Positions 37,757-52,412 are shown, numbered from the stretch's first letter. The stretch is 64,000 nucleotides of DNA from Haliotis rufescens (GCF_023055435.1 NW_025963890.1:48608001-48672000), one strand, 5' to 3'. Numbers and translations are program-made. Notes: generated by a model not told the origin, from the letters alone.

Positions 37757-38763
37757 AAAAGGTTAAAAGTGAAATGAAACAAATGCTGTAGATATTGGGT
37801 TATAAAGCTTAAAAACACAAGGATTTAACATTTATTTAAAATTGATATGTTTAATAGAATAAAAGACCTTTGGAGTCATTTTGATTTAACATTAATTAGG
37901 TTTCTGAATCAAACATCCTATTTGTCATCTTCCAGACAATGGCATAAGGATCTATACAGAAACATTGCCATTACAGTAAAATAAAGAAGCTGTCACCCAT
38001 AAATTGTGTCTACAAAGAGAATGACAAGAGTTCAAAAAGCGAGATGGATCATCTAAACTTTGTGATGCGATGAAGAACATAATTAGACATCCCTGACACA
38101 TGATGAGGATTCCTTCATTTATACCATCCAATAGCAATCATTGAATTAAATCAACAGTATTCCCCGGCAGGTCAAAGTGGCTGTCGAACTCGTGGGTGGT
38201 TGGATTAAGAGCGTATCTTTCTGTGACGGATGGTGACCAGAAGTGACATATTTCTAACCAAGGTTACAAAGTTCTGCCACTGCCACCAGACAAGAGCTCC
38301 ACTTGATTGAGGCAATTAGATCAGAGCAAACATGGGAAGACAATCAATGCTCACAATGGGCGTGGTCACAGAGAGAAGGGCAAGAATGGATTGTCCATCA
38401 CTCTGCAGCCCGTCTGCCTCAACATGAAGTCACTCTATATGGGCAGCCTCAATGAGTCTCAAGGCCGTGTCACCACTGCTCTCCATTTCAGGATCGACAG
38501 AATTACATGAGACAAGATCCAGGCTTCCACAGTTTCCTTTTTTGGTATAACAAGAACATATCTGGGTTTCCTCTTTTGGGCATAGTTGAGTCACAGTTCC
38601 ACAACAACATTCCTGTCGGCCACTGTCAATCCTTCTTGATGAGGTTGGCTCTGGTTTCTTATCGTTTAACAGAAAGATGTTTTCTTATTTATTTCAAGTT
38701 CAATCATAAAATTATTGAGATATTTTTCTGGGTATCCATATATACAGAACCAGATAAATATGC

Positions 38764-40062
38764 TCCATGACTGAGGCTAGAGGGGAGGTTCCATGACTGA
38801 GGCTAGACTCCTTGACAGAGGCTACAGTGGAGGCTCCATGACTGAGGCTCGAGGGAAGGCTCCATGACTGAGGCTAGAGGGGAGGCTCCATGACTGAGGC
38901 TAGACTCCATGACAGAGGCTACAGTGGAGGCTCCATGACTGAGGCTCGAGGGATGGCTCCATGACTGAGGCTAGAGGGGAGGCTCCATGACTGAGGCTAC
39001 ATAACAAAGGCTAGTGAGGTGGCGCCATGACAGGCTTGAGGGTTGTCTCCATGACTGAGGCTAGAGGGGAGGCTCCATGACTGAGGCTACATAACAGAGG
39101 CTAGTGAGGAGGCGCCATGACAGGCTTGAGGGTTGTCTCCATGACTGAGGCTAGAGGGGAGGCTCCATGACTGAGGCTACATAACAGAGGCTAGTGAGGA
39201 GGCGCCATGACAGGCTGGAGGGTTGTCTCCATGACTGAGGCTAGAGGGGAGGCTCCATGACTGAGGCTACATAACAAAGGCTAGTGAGGAGGCGCCATGA
39301 CAGGCTTGAGGGTTGTCTCCATGACTGAGGCTAGAGGGGAGGCTCCATGACTGAGGCTACATAACAAAGGCTAGTGAGGAGGCGCCATGACAGGCTTGAG
39401 GGTTGTCTCCATGACTGAGGCTGGAGGGTTGTCTCCATGACTGAGGCTAGAGGGGAGGCTCCATGACTGAGGCTACATAACAAAGGCTAGTGAGGAGGCG
39501 CCATGACAGGCTGGAGGGTTGTCTCCATGACTGAGGCTAGAGGGGAGGCTCCATGACTGAGGCTAGAGGGGAGGCGCCATGACTGAGGCTAGAGGGGAGG
39601 CTCCATGACTGAGGCTACATAACAGAGGCTAGTGAGGAGGCGCCATGACAGGCTGGAGGGTTGTCTCCATGACTGAGGCTAGAGGGGAGGCTCCATGACT
39701 GAGGCTACATAACAAAGGCTAGTGAGGAGGCGCCATGACAGGCTGGAGGGTTGTCTCCATGACTGAGGCTAGAGGGGAGGCGCCATGACTGAGGCTACAT
39801 AACAGAGGCTAGAGGGGAGGCGCCATGACAGGCTGGAGGGTTGTCTCCATGACTGAGGCTAGGGGGGAGGCGCCATGACTGAGGCTAGAGGGGAGGCTCC
39901 ATGACTGAGGCTACATAACAGAGGCTAGTGAGGAGGCGCCATGACAGGCTGGAGGGTTGTCTCCATGACTGAGGCTAGAGGGGAGGCTCCATGACTGAGG
40001 CTAGTGAGGAAGCTCCATGACTGAGATTACATAAGAGAGGCTAGTGGGGATCCATGACTGAG
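38764..40062. repeat. Minisatellite with a 26-bp basic unit and 90-bp higher-order repeat
   Basis: ctccatgactgaggctagaggggagg; 90-bp period at 39061, 39151, 39241, 39331. Confidence 0.95.
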
Positions 40063-40652
40063 GCAACATGAGACACAGGTAATTTCAAGCCAACGCCCCA
40101 GTCCTGGAGTTGTACTACTTCATGGACCACTGGTTTTAGTAATACCTTCAATGGAGGCTGAAAAGCTGTTGTAGCGTATTTACGTCACAAACTACTTTCA
40201 TTCATCTGGCAAGGTGTAAACTGCACGTGGCCTACTAACTCCTGTCCCTATACAGACCCAGTAATCAGTCGGGGTTCAGTAAGTCAATGACTTATACTTG
40301 AAGTTGCTTTGAACAGTATTTCCGTTATATTATTGTGTACCAGATAATGGGAGAGGAAATTTCAAAGTGACACAGGTTGTAGGCATTTATACCATTGTAG
40401 AACCCACTGAGAGGGTATGGGACATCTTGGGTGTCTAAAATAGGATGTTTCCGAAATTGATGGAGACAACCGAGGTTCATGTGCCCATCGCATTCCCTTC
40501 TTCAAGATGGCGACCTACTTCTTCAACTTGGAAACAACACATCAAACATAAGACTTGGGCCTCATTCAACAAAAGTAAACATGATTACAACTGTAAAAAG
40601 TTTAAAGAATGGAAATTACAACTGTCTTAGCCGGGGTTCTATACGTGAGTCC

Positions 40653-40940
40653 TACGAGGGGCGTTCCATAAGTTTTGCAACTTCAATGTAAGACCAAGTC
40701 GCAGAACATCTTTTGCACTTTTATTTTTCAATATAATCTTCATTCACCTGAATACACTTATTCCATTTGTTTTTCAAGCTTTTAATTCCACTTTTATAGA
40801 CATCCGCAGATTGGACCTCTAACCACGCCTCTGTGGCAGCCTTTATGTCCTTGTCATCCTGGAAGCGTCTTCCACGTAGGGCAGATTTCATTTGCCGGAA
40901 CAGGAAATAAGTCACTGGGGGCTAAGTCTGGGCTGTACAG
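40653..40940 (-). mobile_element. Mariner transposon 3' fragment (transposase pseudogene plus TIR)
   Basis: YSPDLAPSD (frameshift) FLFRQMKSALRGRRF...KWNKCIQVNEDYIEK* is the canonical mariner C-terminus. TA|CGAGGGGCGTTCCATAAGTTTTGCAAC TIR at 40653. Confidence 0.93.
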
Positions 40941-40981
40941 TATTAAAAGCTTGAAAGTTTATCCACCACACATCCAATACA

Positions 40982-41105
40982 CAATGACCTAGACTCTATA
41001 ATAAGGATTGAATACACACTGACCTTGACCCTATAATCACGATTGAATACACACTGACCTTGACCCTATGATCACCCATCCAAAACACAATGACCTGAAT
41101 CCATG
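40982..41105. repeat. Short degenerate tandem repeat (about 35 bp, 3-4 units)
   Basis: gattgaatacacactgaccttgaccctat occurs twice, with diverged flanking units. Confidence 0.75.
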
Positions 41106-41773
41106 ATGACACCAGGACCGACAATACAACATGGCCCAGTAACATTACAGAACTTCTGTCTTTCTGGCGTAATCACCTTACCACCTGTTACCAAGGACAT
41201 TTCAGAAACCATTACAAGTATATTAACCAAGTTATCCCATCAGTTCAGTGTGTCACATTATTTCTCTGTTACCAGTGACACAAAAGTGAGGCATTGCTAC
41301 ATAACTGTCCTCTCTGTCTCCAAAATAACAGCAGCTTGGAGTCTACAGATGTCACTGAGAGGGTGCAAATAAGCCATCCACACACACTTGTTGATTCATA
41401 TAGCCTGTCACATCACACAAGTAATTAAATTGTATCTATCCATAAATATTTCAACTGCTGACCTGAAAATATCCCAGATGTTGCAATGGCTGAAAGAAAC
41501 AGCAACACACAATGTCTTCAGCTCCCTGAGAAGTCATTCGTGTACGTTGATCATAAGGAGTGCAATCAGATAACGTCATTCTATTCTATATATCTACCTG
41601 GGTACGTTTTTTTTATCAAATATCATTATCAGAACGTTTAACATATCTTCAACATCAGTCCATATTTGATTCTCTATCAGGGTGGTCTGCCAGTAATCAA
41701 GCCCGGACCAGACAAACCAGTGACTGAAAGTATGACCAACTGTCCAAGCCGTCTGGGAGGATGACACACAATC

Positions 41774-43392
41774 AGGGTGTCCAGGCACTGTGAACACGGA
41801 GCAGGTAGTCCAGGCACTGGGGACTCGGAGCAGGTAGTCCAGGCACTGGGGACTCGGAGCAGGTAGTCCAGGCACTGGGGACTCGGAGCAGGTAGTCCAG
41901 GCACTGGGGACTCGGAGCAGGGTGTCCAGGCACTGTGAACATGGAGCAGGGTGTCCAGGCACTGGGGACTCGGAGCAGGTAGTCCAGGCACTGGGGACTC
42001 GGAGCAGGTAGTCCAGGCACTGGGGACTCGGAGCAGGTAGTCCAGGCACTGGGGACTCGGAGCAGGTAGTCCAGGCACTGTGAACACGGAGCAGGTAGTC
42101 CAGGCACTGGGGACTCGGAGCAGGTAGTCCAGGCACTGGGGACTCGGAGCAGGTAGTCCAGGCACTGGGGACTCGGAGCAGGTAGTCCAGGCACTGGGGA
42201 CTCGGAGCAGGGTGTCCAGGCACTGGGGACTCGGAGCAGGGTGTCCAGGCACTGGGGACTCGGAGCAGGGTGTCCAGGCACTGGGGACTCGGAGCAGGTA
42301 GTCTAGGCACTCGGGACTCGGAGCAGGTAGTCCGGGCACTGGGGACTCGGAGCAGGTAGTCTGGGCACTGGGGACTCGGAGCAGGGTGTCCAGGCACTGG
42401 GGACTCGGAGCAGGGTGTCTAGGCACTGGGGACTCGGAGCAGGGTGTCCAGGCACTGGGGACTCGGAGCAGGTAGTCTAGGCACTGGGGACTCGGAGCAG
42501 GTAGTCCAGGCACTGGGGACTCGGAGCAGGTAGTCCAGGCACTGGGGACTCGGAGCAGGTAGTCCAGGCACTGTGAACACGGAGCAGGTAGTCCAGGCAC
42601 TGGGGACTCGGAGCAGGTAGTCCAGGCACTGGGGACTCGGAGCAGGTAGTCCAGGCACTGGGGACTCGGAGCAGGTAGTCCAGGCACTGGGGACTCGGAG
42701 CAGGGTGTCCAGGCACTGGGGACTCGGAGCAGGGTGTCCAGGCACTGGGGACTCGGAGCAGGGTGTCCAGGCACTGGGGACTCGGAGCAGGTAGTCTAGG
42801 CACTCGGGACTCGGAGCAGGTAGTCCAGGCACTGGGGACTCGGAGCAGGTAGTCTGGGCACTGGGGACTCGGAGCAGGGTGTCCAGGCACTGGGGACTCG
42901 GAGCAGGGTGTCCAGGCACTGGGGACTCGGAGCAGGTAGTCTAGGCACTGGGGACTCGGAGCAGGTAGTCCAGGCACTGGGGACTCGGAGCAGGTAGTTC
43001 AGGCACTGGGGACTCGGAGCAGGGTGTCCAGGCACTGGGGACTCGGAGCAGGTAGTCCAGGCACTGGGGACTCGGAGCAGGTAGTCCAGGCACTGGGGAC
43101 TCGGAGCAGGTAGTCCAGGCACTGGGGACTCGGAGCAGGTAGTCCAGGCACTGGGGACTCGGAGCAGGTAGTCCAGGCACTGGGGACTCGGAGCAGGGTG
43201 TCCAGGCACTGGGGACTCGGAGCAGGGTGTCCAGGCACTGGGGACTCGGAGCAGGGTGTCCAGGCACTGGGGACTCGGAGCAGGTAGTCCAGGCACTGGG
43301 GACTCGGAGCAGGTAGTCCAGGCACTGGGGACTCGGAGCAGGTAGTCCAGGCACTGGGGACTCGGGGCAGGGTGTCCAGGCACTGGGGACTC
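41774..43392. repeat. 29-bp GC-rich minisatellite (about 56 units)
   Basis: gtccaggcactggggactcggagcaggta/gt. It abuts a degenerate family-A SINE piece at about 41690-41770. Confidence 0.97.
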
Positions 43393-43699
43393 CATATTAC
43401 TTCATAATTCTTTCAGGAGGTTCCATTTCTGTTACATCACTATGGTTCCTTTTCAATTTGATATCTCAACTTTTGTTCTAAATATATCCATATTGCATGC
43501 ATCAAAACATCAACGCCAGATAAGCAATAAGTCTTGATTGTCTCCAACACTGCTCACTGCTGTGCTTTATTACCTACTTTCATATGCATTGCGACATTCG
43601 TATGTTCAGGTTTCATTCCAACTGATGAGGCCACACTTATGATGCCCTAAGACATTAGAGCTTGTGCTCATTAATTTTACTGTTTCCCCGTTAGTAAGA

Positions 43700-44540
43700 T
43701 CACTGTTCTCTTTTAATCACTGTTTCCCATTTATCACTGTTCTCTGTTAATTATTTTTCTCTGTTAATCACTGTTCTCTTTTAATCACTGTTCTGTTGAT
43801 CACTGCTTTCTGGTAAGCACTGTTCTCTGTTAATCACTGTTCTCTATTAATCACTGTTCTCTTTTAATCACTGTTCTGTTGATCACTGCTCTCTGGTAAG
43901 CACTGTTCTCTGTTAATCACTGTTCTCTATTAATCACTGTTCTCTTTTAATCACTGTTCTGTTGATCACTGCTCTCTGGTAAGCACTGTTCTCTGTTAAT
44001 CACTGTTCTCTATTAATCACTGTTCTCTTTTAATCACTGTTCTGTTGATCACTGCTCTCTGGTAAGCACTGTTCTCTGTTAATCACTGTTCTCTATTAAT
44101 CACTGTTCTCTTTTAATCACTGTTCTGTTGATCACTGCTCTCTGGTAAGCACTGTTCTCTGTTAATCACTGTTCTCTATTAATCACTGTTCTCTTTTAAT
44201 CACTGTTCTGTTGATCACTGCCCTCTGGTAAGCGCTGTTTTCTGTTAATCACTGTTCTCTGTTAGGCACTGTTCTCTGTTAATCACTGTTCTGTTGATCA
44301 CTGCTCTCTGTTAAGCGCTGTTTTATGTTAATCACTGTTCTCGATTAATCACTGTTCTCTGTTAATCACTGTTCTCTGTTAATCACTGTTCTCTGTGAAG
44401 TACTGTTCTGTTGATCACTGCTCTCTGTGAAGCACTGTTCTCTGTTAAGTGCTGTTCTCTGTGAAGCACTGTTCTCTGTGAAGCACTGTTCTCTGTTAAT
44501 CACTGTTCTGTTAATCACTGTCCCCTGTTAATTACTGTTT
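43700..44540. repeat. 17-bp minisatellite with an 83-bp higher-order repeat
   Basis: aatcactgttctctgtt units; 83-bp period (43861, 43944...). Confidence 0.95.
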
Positions 44541-45163
44541 CAAGCAATTGTCGGTAAAAGATTTGTCAGTGACGAGCCTTGCCGTTGAACAACTCTTTCA
44601 TAATTGATTTGTTTAAAGCCTCCAATAATAATTGAAAAGAATAATGTAACGATTTATACAAATTAGTCACCGCTGGGTTCTAAACATTTGCCACTTAGCA
44701 ATTCTAACCATGTCTGGGGGCATCAGAGACTATTTTTTTCTGACAGAGATGCGCTTTCAAATATTCAATCAAAGACCAGTGTGTGACACTTTGTCCAGGT
44801 TGGAAGGCTGAGTTTTTCTGTTTGATGTGAGTCTCTGATGGGAAATTGTGAGTTCAGCTCTTGTACCAGATCGGCAGCCCCTGGGCTTTCCCCAGTGCAG
44901 CTTGGTCAACAATCCAGATCAGCCATCATCAATTGCTTCCATTAATCACTGGTGCAATTTAATTGCTTATTTGATTCTAAAAAAGTAATTATCAGTCAAA
45001 TGAGATTATGTCCCACACAACACAAACATACTTGTATTCTACATGGTGATGAGGGGATGTTTTTTTAAATCCTTACTTGATGGATCAATTGAATTATTAT
45101 ATCAAATTTACCGTGTGAGAACAATATTTATTCAACCAGGTGATGAATAAAGGCCTAATGTTT

Positions 45164-45417
45164 GTTTGCTAGTTGTTTAATGCTGCACTCAGCAATATTC
45201 CAGCTATATGACTGCGGTCTGTAAATAATAGAGTCTAGACCAGACAATCCAGTGATTGACATCATGAACATCGATACACCCAATTTGGATACAATGACAT
45301 GCATCAAGCAAGTTTGCAAGCCTGAACGCCTGACCCTGTTAGTCGCCTCTTACGACAAGCCTTTTACGGCAAGCATGGGTTGCTGAAGATCTATTCCATC
45401 CCAGACCTTCATGGGGC
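45164..45417 (-). mobile_element. SINE family A, full length
   Basis: 11-bp TSD gcctaatgttt (45153-45163, 45418-45428). Confidence 0.9.
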
Positions 45418-45501
45418 GCCTAATGTTTAGAACCAAAGATTGTGTGTGGGTAAATGAAGTAAATGGAATTGTCTGTCACAACAAAAGGTTGGTGATACTA
45501 T

Positions 45502-45758
45502 TGTTTGTTTGTTGTTTAACGCCGCACTCAGCAACATTCCACCTATATGACGGCCATCTGTAAATCAAGTCTCAACCAGACAATCCAGTGATTGATGTCA
45601 CGAGCATCGATCCTCATTGTTGGGATACAATGACAACAATCAAGTCAGGGAGCTTGACCACCCAATTACGTTAGTCACCTCTTACAACAAGCACAATCAC
45701 CTTTAACGTCAAGCATGGGTTGTTGAAGACCTATTCTACCCCGGGTCTTCACAGGGAC
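45502..45758 (-). mobile_element. SINE family A, full length
   Basis: Tail, body and head are all recognisable. Confidence 0.88.
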
Positions 45759-46204
45759 AGTGCTATTGTACTGCAACCCTTTGAGATCAATTAGAGCATG
45801 ACACAGTTCATGGTAAGACATTCAGCTTGCAATTACAGGACAACATAAACTCGTCATCTTCTTGTTGTGTCGGTAAGACATTCAGATTGAGCCAAGACTG
45901 CAACTGCAACTGCACTAGCGCAATTACATGACACCATGAACCCTTCACCTGTCTGTCATGACAATTTCTGCACACAACCTGACGCCTGGCATGCCATAGT
46001 GTTACATCTGGCATGTTCAGTGACAGGAATAACAACAGCCCCAGTCGAACCACTCCATGCACACCGACCATAAAAACATTAAAAACTCCTAGTAACAACA
46101 TTGCATGGTGGCATTTTCCTCAAATACTCTGGCAGTAAACCAGGTCAAAGCAATGATTACAGCACAGTTTTGTTTGGAGGCCCCCTCTTCACTGATTACA
46201 CTGA

Positions 46205-47782
46205 TCTCACCAGACAGTCTGTACACAACTACCCTGATCCCAGCAGACAGTCTGAAGGCCCTCTGTACAAAACTACCCTGATCCCAGCAGACAGTCTGAA
46301 GGCCCTCTGTACACAACTACCCTGATCTCACCAGACAGTCTGAAGGCCCTCTGTACACAACTACCCTGATCCCAGCAGACAGTATGAAGGCCTTCTGTAC
46401 ACGACTACCCTGATCCCAGCAGACAGTCTGGAGGCCCTCTGTACACAACTTCCCTGATCCCAGCAGACAGTCTGAAGGCCCTCTGTACACAACTACCCTG
46501 ATCCCAGCAGACAGTCTGGAGGCCCTCTGTACACAACTACCCTGATCCCAGCAGACAGTCTGGAGGCCCTCTGTACACAACTACCCTGATCCCAGCAGAC
46601 AGTCTGGAGGCCCTCTGTACACAACTTCCCTGATCCCAGCAGACAGTCTGAAGGCCCTCTGTACACGACTACCCTGATCCCAGCAGTCTGAAGGCCCTCT
46701 GTACACGACTACCCTGATCCCAGCAGTCTGAAGGCCCTCTGTACACGACTACCCTGATCCCAGCAGTCTGAAGGCCTTCTGTACACGACTACCCTGATCC
46801 CAGCAGTCTGAAGGCCCTCTGTACACGACTACCCTGATCCCAGCAGTCTGAAGGCCCTCTGTACACAGCTACCCTGATCCCAGCAGACAGTCTGAAGGCC
46901 CTCTGTACACAACTACCCTGATCCCAGCAGACAGTCTGGAGGCCCTCTGTACACAACTACCCTGATCCCAGCAGTCTGAAGGCCCTCTGTACACAGCTAC
47001 CCTGATCCCAGCAGACAGTCTGAAGGCCCTCTGTACACAGCTACCCTGATCCCACCAGACAGACTGAAGGCCCTCTGTACACAACTACCCTGATCTCACT
47101 AGACAGTCTGGAGGCCCTCTGTACACAACTACCCTGATCCCAGCAGACAGACTGAAGGCCCTCTGTACACAACTACCCTGATCCCAGCAGACAGTCTGGA
47201 GGCCCTCTGTACACGACTACCCTGATCTCACCAGACAGACTGAAGGCCCTCTGTACACAACTACCCTGATCTCACTAGACAGTCTGGAGGCCCTCTGTAC
47301 ACAACTACCCTGATCCCAGCAGACAGTCTGGAGGCCCTCTGTACACGACTACCCTGATCTCAGCAGACAGTCTGGAGGCCCTCTGTACACAACTTCCCTG
47401 ATCCCAGCAGACAGTCTGAAGGCCCTCTGTACACGACTACCCTGATCTCACCAGACAGACTGAAGGCCCTCTGTACACAACTACCCTGATCTCACCAGAC
47501 AGTCTGGAGGCCCTCTGTACACAACTACCCTGATCCCAGCAGACAGTCTGGAGGCCCTCTGTACACAACTTCCCTGATCCCAGCAGACAGTCTGAAGGCC
47601 CTCTGTACACAACTACCCTGATCTCACCAGACAGTCTCGAGGCCCTCTGTACACAACTACCCTGATCCCAGCAGACAGTCTGGAGGCCCTCTGTACACAA
47701 CTACCCTGATCCCAGCAGACAGTCTGGAGGCCCTCTGTACACGACTACCCTGATCCCAGCAGACAGTCTGGAGGCCCTCTGT
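46205..47782. repeat. 44-bp minisatellite (about 36 units) with a block of 40-bp deletion variants
   Basis: ctgtacacaactaccctgatcccagcagacagtctgaaggccct; units lacking 4 bp cluster at about 46660-46860. Confidence 0.97.
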
Positions 47783-48021
47783 TCAACCAACAGACACAGA
47801 CCAAAGGTGCTGGGTGAGTGATGCAGCATGGCTGGGATGGAGGGAAATAGTCAACTATCTCCAACATCATACAAGTGAATAGTTACAGCAAAGGTAGACA
47901 TCATGATCGCACAGTTCATTTTGGACCAGTTTGTTTTCGTAATATGGTTGGTTAAAACACAACCAGTCCCCAAATGATAATCAGCAAACTAGTCTTAGTT
48001 CTTCTCCAAGTTCATCGATTA

Positions 48022-48299
48022 GTGAGTGAGTTGGGTATAACGCAGATTTTAACAGTATTCCAGTTATATCGCGGCATGTCATCTTAAAGTGGAAGGAAAG
48101 CCCGAAGTGATGCAGGTCTCGGACATTTACTACTTCGGTGAAACCCACGAGCATGGGTATGGTGCTGACAAACCTAGAAACATAATCGGGGCGAACCGGG
48201 ATTCGAACCCACAATCATAGGTTTCTGGCGTGCCCAAGGGACGCAACTCTGCACAGCGAATCACGGCACCTTAGACGACTGGGCCACCCATGCCCCCCC
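48022..48299 (-). mobile_element. SINE family C, full length
   Basis: 13-bp TSD agttcatcgatta (48009-48021, 48300-48312); A and B boxes intact. Confidence 0.93.
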
Positions 48300-49056
48300 A
48301 GTTCATCGATTAAGCTTTGCATCAGTCTGCCCAGGTAAGCTACTAGGTTAGAAGGAAAGGGACACTGAACAAAATATGTCAAAATAAGTCATAACTCAAG
48401 TTCAAGAAGGTTGAAGAATGATGATGCAGTTCAGACTTTCCAATGCGTGTGAATTTTATTTTCCAAATATTTCAAATTAAACATATTACCCAGTAAGTAG
48501 AAAAGATGGCATGTTAAATTTCATAAAAGATGTTTTTTGTTTGATTTATTGACTAAGTTTACGTCACATTAAGCCGTTAGTTCCTGAGTTGTATAACTTG
48601 ATGAAGCCAGGTGCAGTTTTCGCCTGCAGATATGGAGCTCTGACAGGCAGGAACACTAATGTCCTTGCCAGCGACAGGGTTCTGGAGTTGTCATGTCACC
48701 ACTAAGCTCCTTTGCAAAGGAAAAACTGTCAGATTTTACAATGACGATGCTTGTTAAACAAGTAATCACCATGCCTACAACATGGAACATGATTAATGAG
48801 AAGGATGAACACCCTGTCCCCGTGGAGACACAGGACATACCATCAACATAGAGTTGTTGAACAGGTAAACTGACACATAAAAGTAACAAGATCAATTCAA
48901 AAATTGCATCAGGATGTTTTTTATCCAGAGTTTTAATTCATATTAGATAGAAACAGTGAGATAAAAAAGGACCTTATTTTGAATATTTACTTTGTACAAT
49001 ATTTTGACCTCTTTTATAAATGTGTGCCAATATCAAGTAGCAAATTTATGTGGATC

Positions 49057-52000
49057 CCTAGTGACTGACCTAGTCAACCATCCACCAGTGACATAGTCAA
49101 CCATCCCCCAGTGACAGACCTAGTCAACCATTCCCCAGTGACAGACCTAGTCAACCATCCCCCAGTGACCTACTCAACCATCCCCCAGTGACTGACCTAG
49201 TCAACCATCCCCCAGTGACAGACCTAGTCAACAATCCCCCAGTGACTGACCTAGTCAACCATCCCCCAGTGACTGACCTAGTCAACCACCCCCCAGTGAC
49301 AGACCTAGTCAACCATTCCCCAGTGACAGACCTAGTCAACAATCCCCCAGTGACTGACCTAGTCAACCATCCCCCAGTGACTGACCTAGTCAACCACCCC
49401 CCAGTGACAGACCTAGTCAACCATTCCCCAGTGACAGACCTAGTCAACCATCCCCCAGTGACCTAGTCAACCATCCCCAGTGACTGACCAAGTCAACCAC
49501 CCCCAAGTGACTGACCTAGTCAACCACCCCCCAGTGACTGACTAAGTCAACCACCCCCAAGTGACTGACCTAGTCAACCACCCCCCAGTGACTGACCAAG
49601 TCAACCACCCCCAAGTGACTGACCTAGTCAACCATCCCCCAGTGACTGACCAAGTCAACCACCCCCAAGTGACTGACCTAGTCAACCACACCCCAGTGAC
49701 TGACCTAGTCAACCATCCCCCAGTGACAGACCTAGTCAACCATCCCCAAGTGACTGACCTAGTCAACCATCCCCCAGTGACTGACCTAGTCAACCATCCC
49801 CCAGTGACTGACCTAGTCAACCATCCCCCAGTGACTGACCTAGTCAACCACCCCCCAGTGACTGACCTAGTCAACCATCCCCCAAGTGACTGACCTAGTC
49901 AACCGGCCCCCAGTGACTGACCTAGTCAACCATCCCCCAGTGACAGACCTAGTCAACCATCCCCCAGTGACTGACCTAGTCAACCATCCCCCAGTGACAG
50001 ACCTAGTCAAACATCCCCCAGTGACTGACCTAGTCAACCACCCCCAGTGACAGACCTAGTCAACCATCCCCCAGTGACTGACCTAGTCAACCACCCCCAG
50101 TGACAGACCTAGTCAACCATCCCCCAGTGACAGACCTAGTCAACCATCTCCCAGTGAGAGAACCACAGTCAACCATCCCCCAGTGACTGACCTAGTCAAC
50201 CATCCCCCAGTGACAGACCTAGTCAACCATCTCCCAGTGAGAGAACCACAGTCAACCATCTCCCAGTGAGAGAACCAGTCAACCATCCCCCAGTGACTGA
50301 CCTAGTCAACCATCTCCCAGTGACTGACCTAGTCAACCATCCCCCAGTGACAGACCTAGTCAACCATCCCCCAGTGACAGACCTAGTCAACCATCTCCCA
50401 GTGACTGACCTAGTCAACCATCCCCCAGTGACAGACCTAGTCAACCATCCCCCAGTGACAGACCTAGTCAACCATCCCCCAGTGACAGACCTAGTCAACC
50501 ATCCCCCAGTGACAGACCTAGTCAACCACCCCCAGTGACAGACCTAGTCAACCATCCCCCAGTGACAGACCTAGTCAACCATCTCCCAGTGAGAGAACCA
50601 CAGTCAACCATCCCCCAGTGACTGACCTAGTCAACCATCCCCCAGTGACAGACCTAGTCAACCATCTCCCAGTGAGAGAACCACAGTCAACCATCTCCCA
50701 GTGAGAGAACCAGTCAACCATCCCCCAGTGACTGACCTAGTCAACCATCCCCCAGTGACTGACCTAGTCAACCATCCCCCAGTGACAGACCTAGTCAACC
50801 ATCCCCCAGTGACAGACCTAGTCAACCATCTCCCAGTGACTGACCTAGTCAACCATCTCCCAGTGACTGACCTAGTCAACCATCCCCCAGTGACAGACCT
50901 AGTCAACCATCCCCCAGTGACAGACCTAGTCAACCATTCCCCAGTGACAGACCTAGTCAACCATCCCCAAGTGACTGTCCTAGTCAACGATCCCCCAGTG
51001 ACAGACCTAGTCAACCATCTCCCAGTGAGAGAACCATAGTCAACCATCTCCCAGTGACAGACCTAGTCAACCATCCCCCAGTGACAGACCTAGTCAACCA
51101 CCCCCCAGTGAGAGAACCACAGTCAACCATCCCCCAGTGACAGACCTAGTCAACCATCTCCCAGTGAGAGAACCACAGTCAACCATCCCCCAGTGACTGA
51201 CCTAGTCAACCATCCCCCAGTGACAGACCTAGTCAACCATCTCCCAGTGAGGGAACCACAGTCAACCATCTCCCAGTGACTGACCTAGTCAACCATCCCC
51301 CAGTGACTGACCTAGTCAACCATCTCCCAGTGACAGACCTAGTCAACCATCTCCCAGTGAGAGAACCACAGTCAACCATCCCCCAGTGACTGACCAAGTC
51401 AACCATCCCCCAGTGACAGACCTAGTCAACCATCTCCCAGTGAGGGAACCACAGTCAACCATCTCCCAGTGACTGACCTAGTCAACCATCCCCCAGTGAC
51501 TGACCTAGTCAACCATCTCCCAGTGACAGACCTAGTCAACTATCTCCCAGTGAGAGAACCACAGTCAACCATCCCCCAGTGACTGACCTAGTCAACCATC
51601 CCCAAGTGACTGTCCTAGTCAACCATCCCCCAGTGACAGACCTAGTCAACCATCTCCCAGTGAGAGAACCACAGTCAACCATCCCCCAGTGACAGACCTA
51701 GTCAACCATCCCCCAGTGACAGACCTAGTCAACCACCCCCCAGTGAGAGAACCACAGTCAACCATCCCCCAGTGACAGACCTAGTCAACCATCTCCCAGT
51801 GAGAGAACCACAGTCAACCATCCCCCAGTGACTGACCTAGTCAACCATCCCCCAGTGACAGACCTAGTCAACCATCTCCCAGTGAGGGAATCACAGTCAA
51901 CCATCTCCCAGTGACTGACCTAGTCAACCATCCCCCAGTGACTGACCTAGTCAACCATCTCCCAGTGACAGACCTAGTCAACCACCCCCCAGTGAGAGAA

Positions 52001-52403
52001 CCACAGTCAACCATCCCCCAGTGACAGACCTAGTCAACCATCTCCCAGTGAGAGAACCACAGTCAACCATCCCCTAGTGACTGACCTAGTCAACCATCCC
52101 CCAGTGACAGACCTAGTCAACCATCTCCCAGTGAGGGAATCACAGTCAACCATCTCCCAGTGACTGACCTAGTCAACCATCCCCCAGTGACTGACCTAGT
52201 CAACCATCTCCCAGTGACAGACCTAGTCAACCATCTCCCAGTGAGAGAACCACAGTCAACCATCCCCCAGTGACTGACCTAGTCAACCATCCCCCAGTGA
52301 CTGACCTAGTCAACCATCTCCCAGTGACAGACCTGGTCAACCATCTCCCAGTGAGAGAACCACAGTCAACCATCCCCCAGTGACAGACCTAGTCAACCAT
52401 CCC
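49057..52403. repeat. 27-bp minisatellite (about 120 units, 3.3 kb) with variant blocks
   Basis: cagtgactgacctagtcaaccatcccc; the variant cagtgagagaaccacagtcaacc appears only from about 50150 onward. Confidence 0.97.
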
Positions 52404-52412
52404 AGGATGGCA

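Noticed and set aside
41594-43395. Long ORFs (up to 365 aa) on the - strand
   Set aside because: They are translations of the 29-bp minisatellite cycling through all frames, with no domain or splice context.
43622-43660. Second hammerhead (CTGATGA-GGC...GCC)
   Set aside because: No GAAA box after stem II and no stems I/III.
49151-51047. VTDLVNHPP repeat ORFs
   Set aside because: Artefact of the 27-bp unit, with frequent indels breaking the frame.
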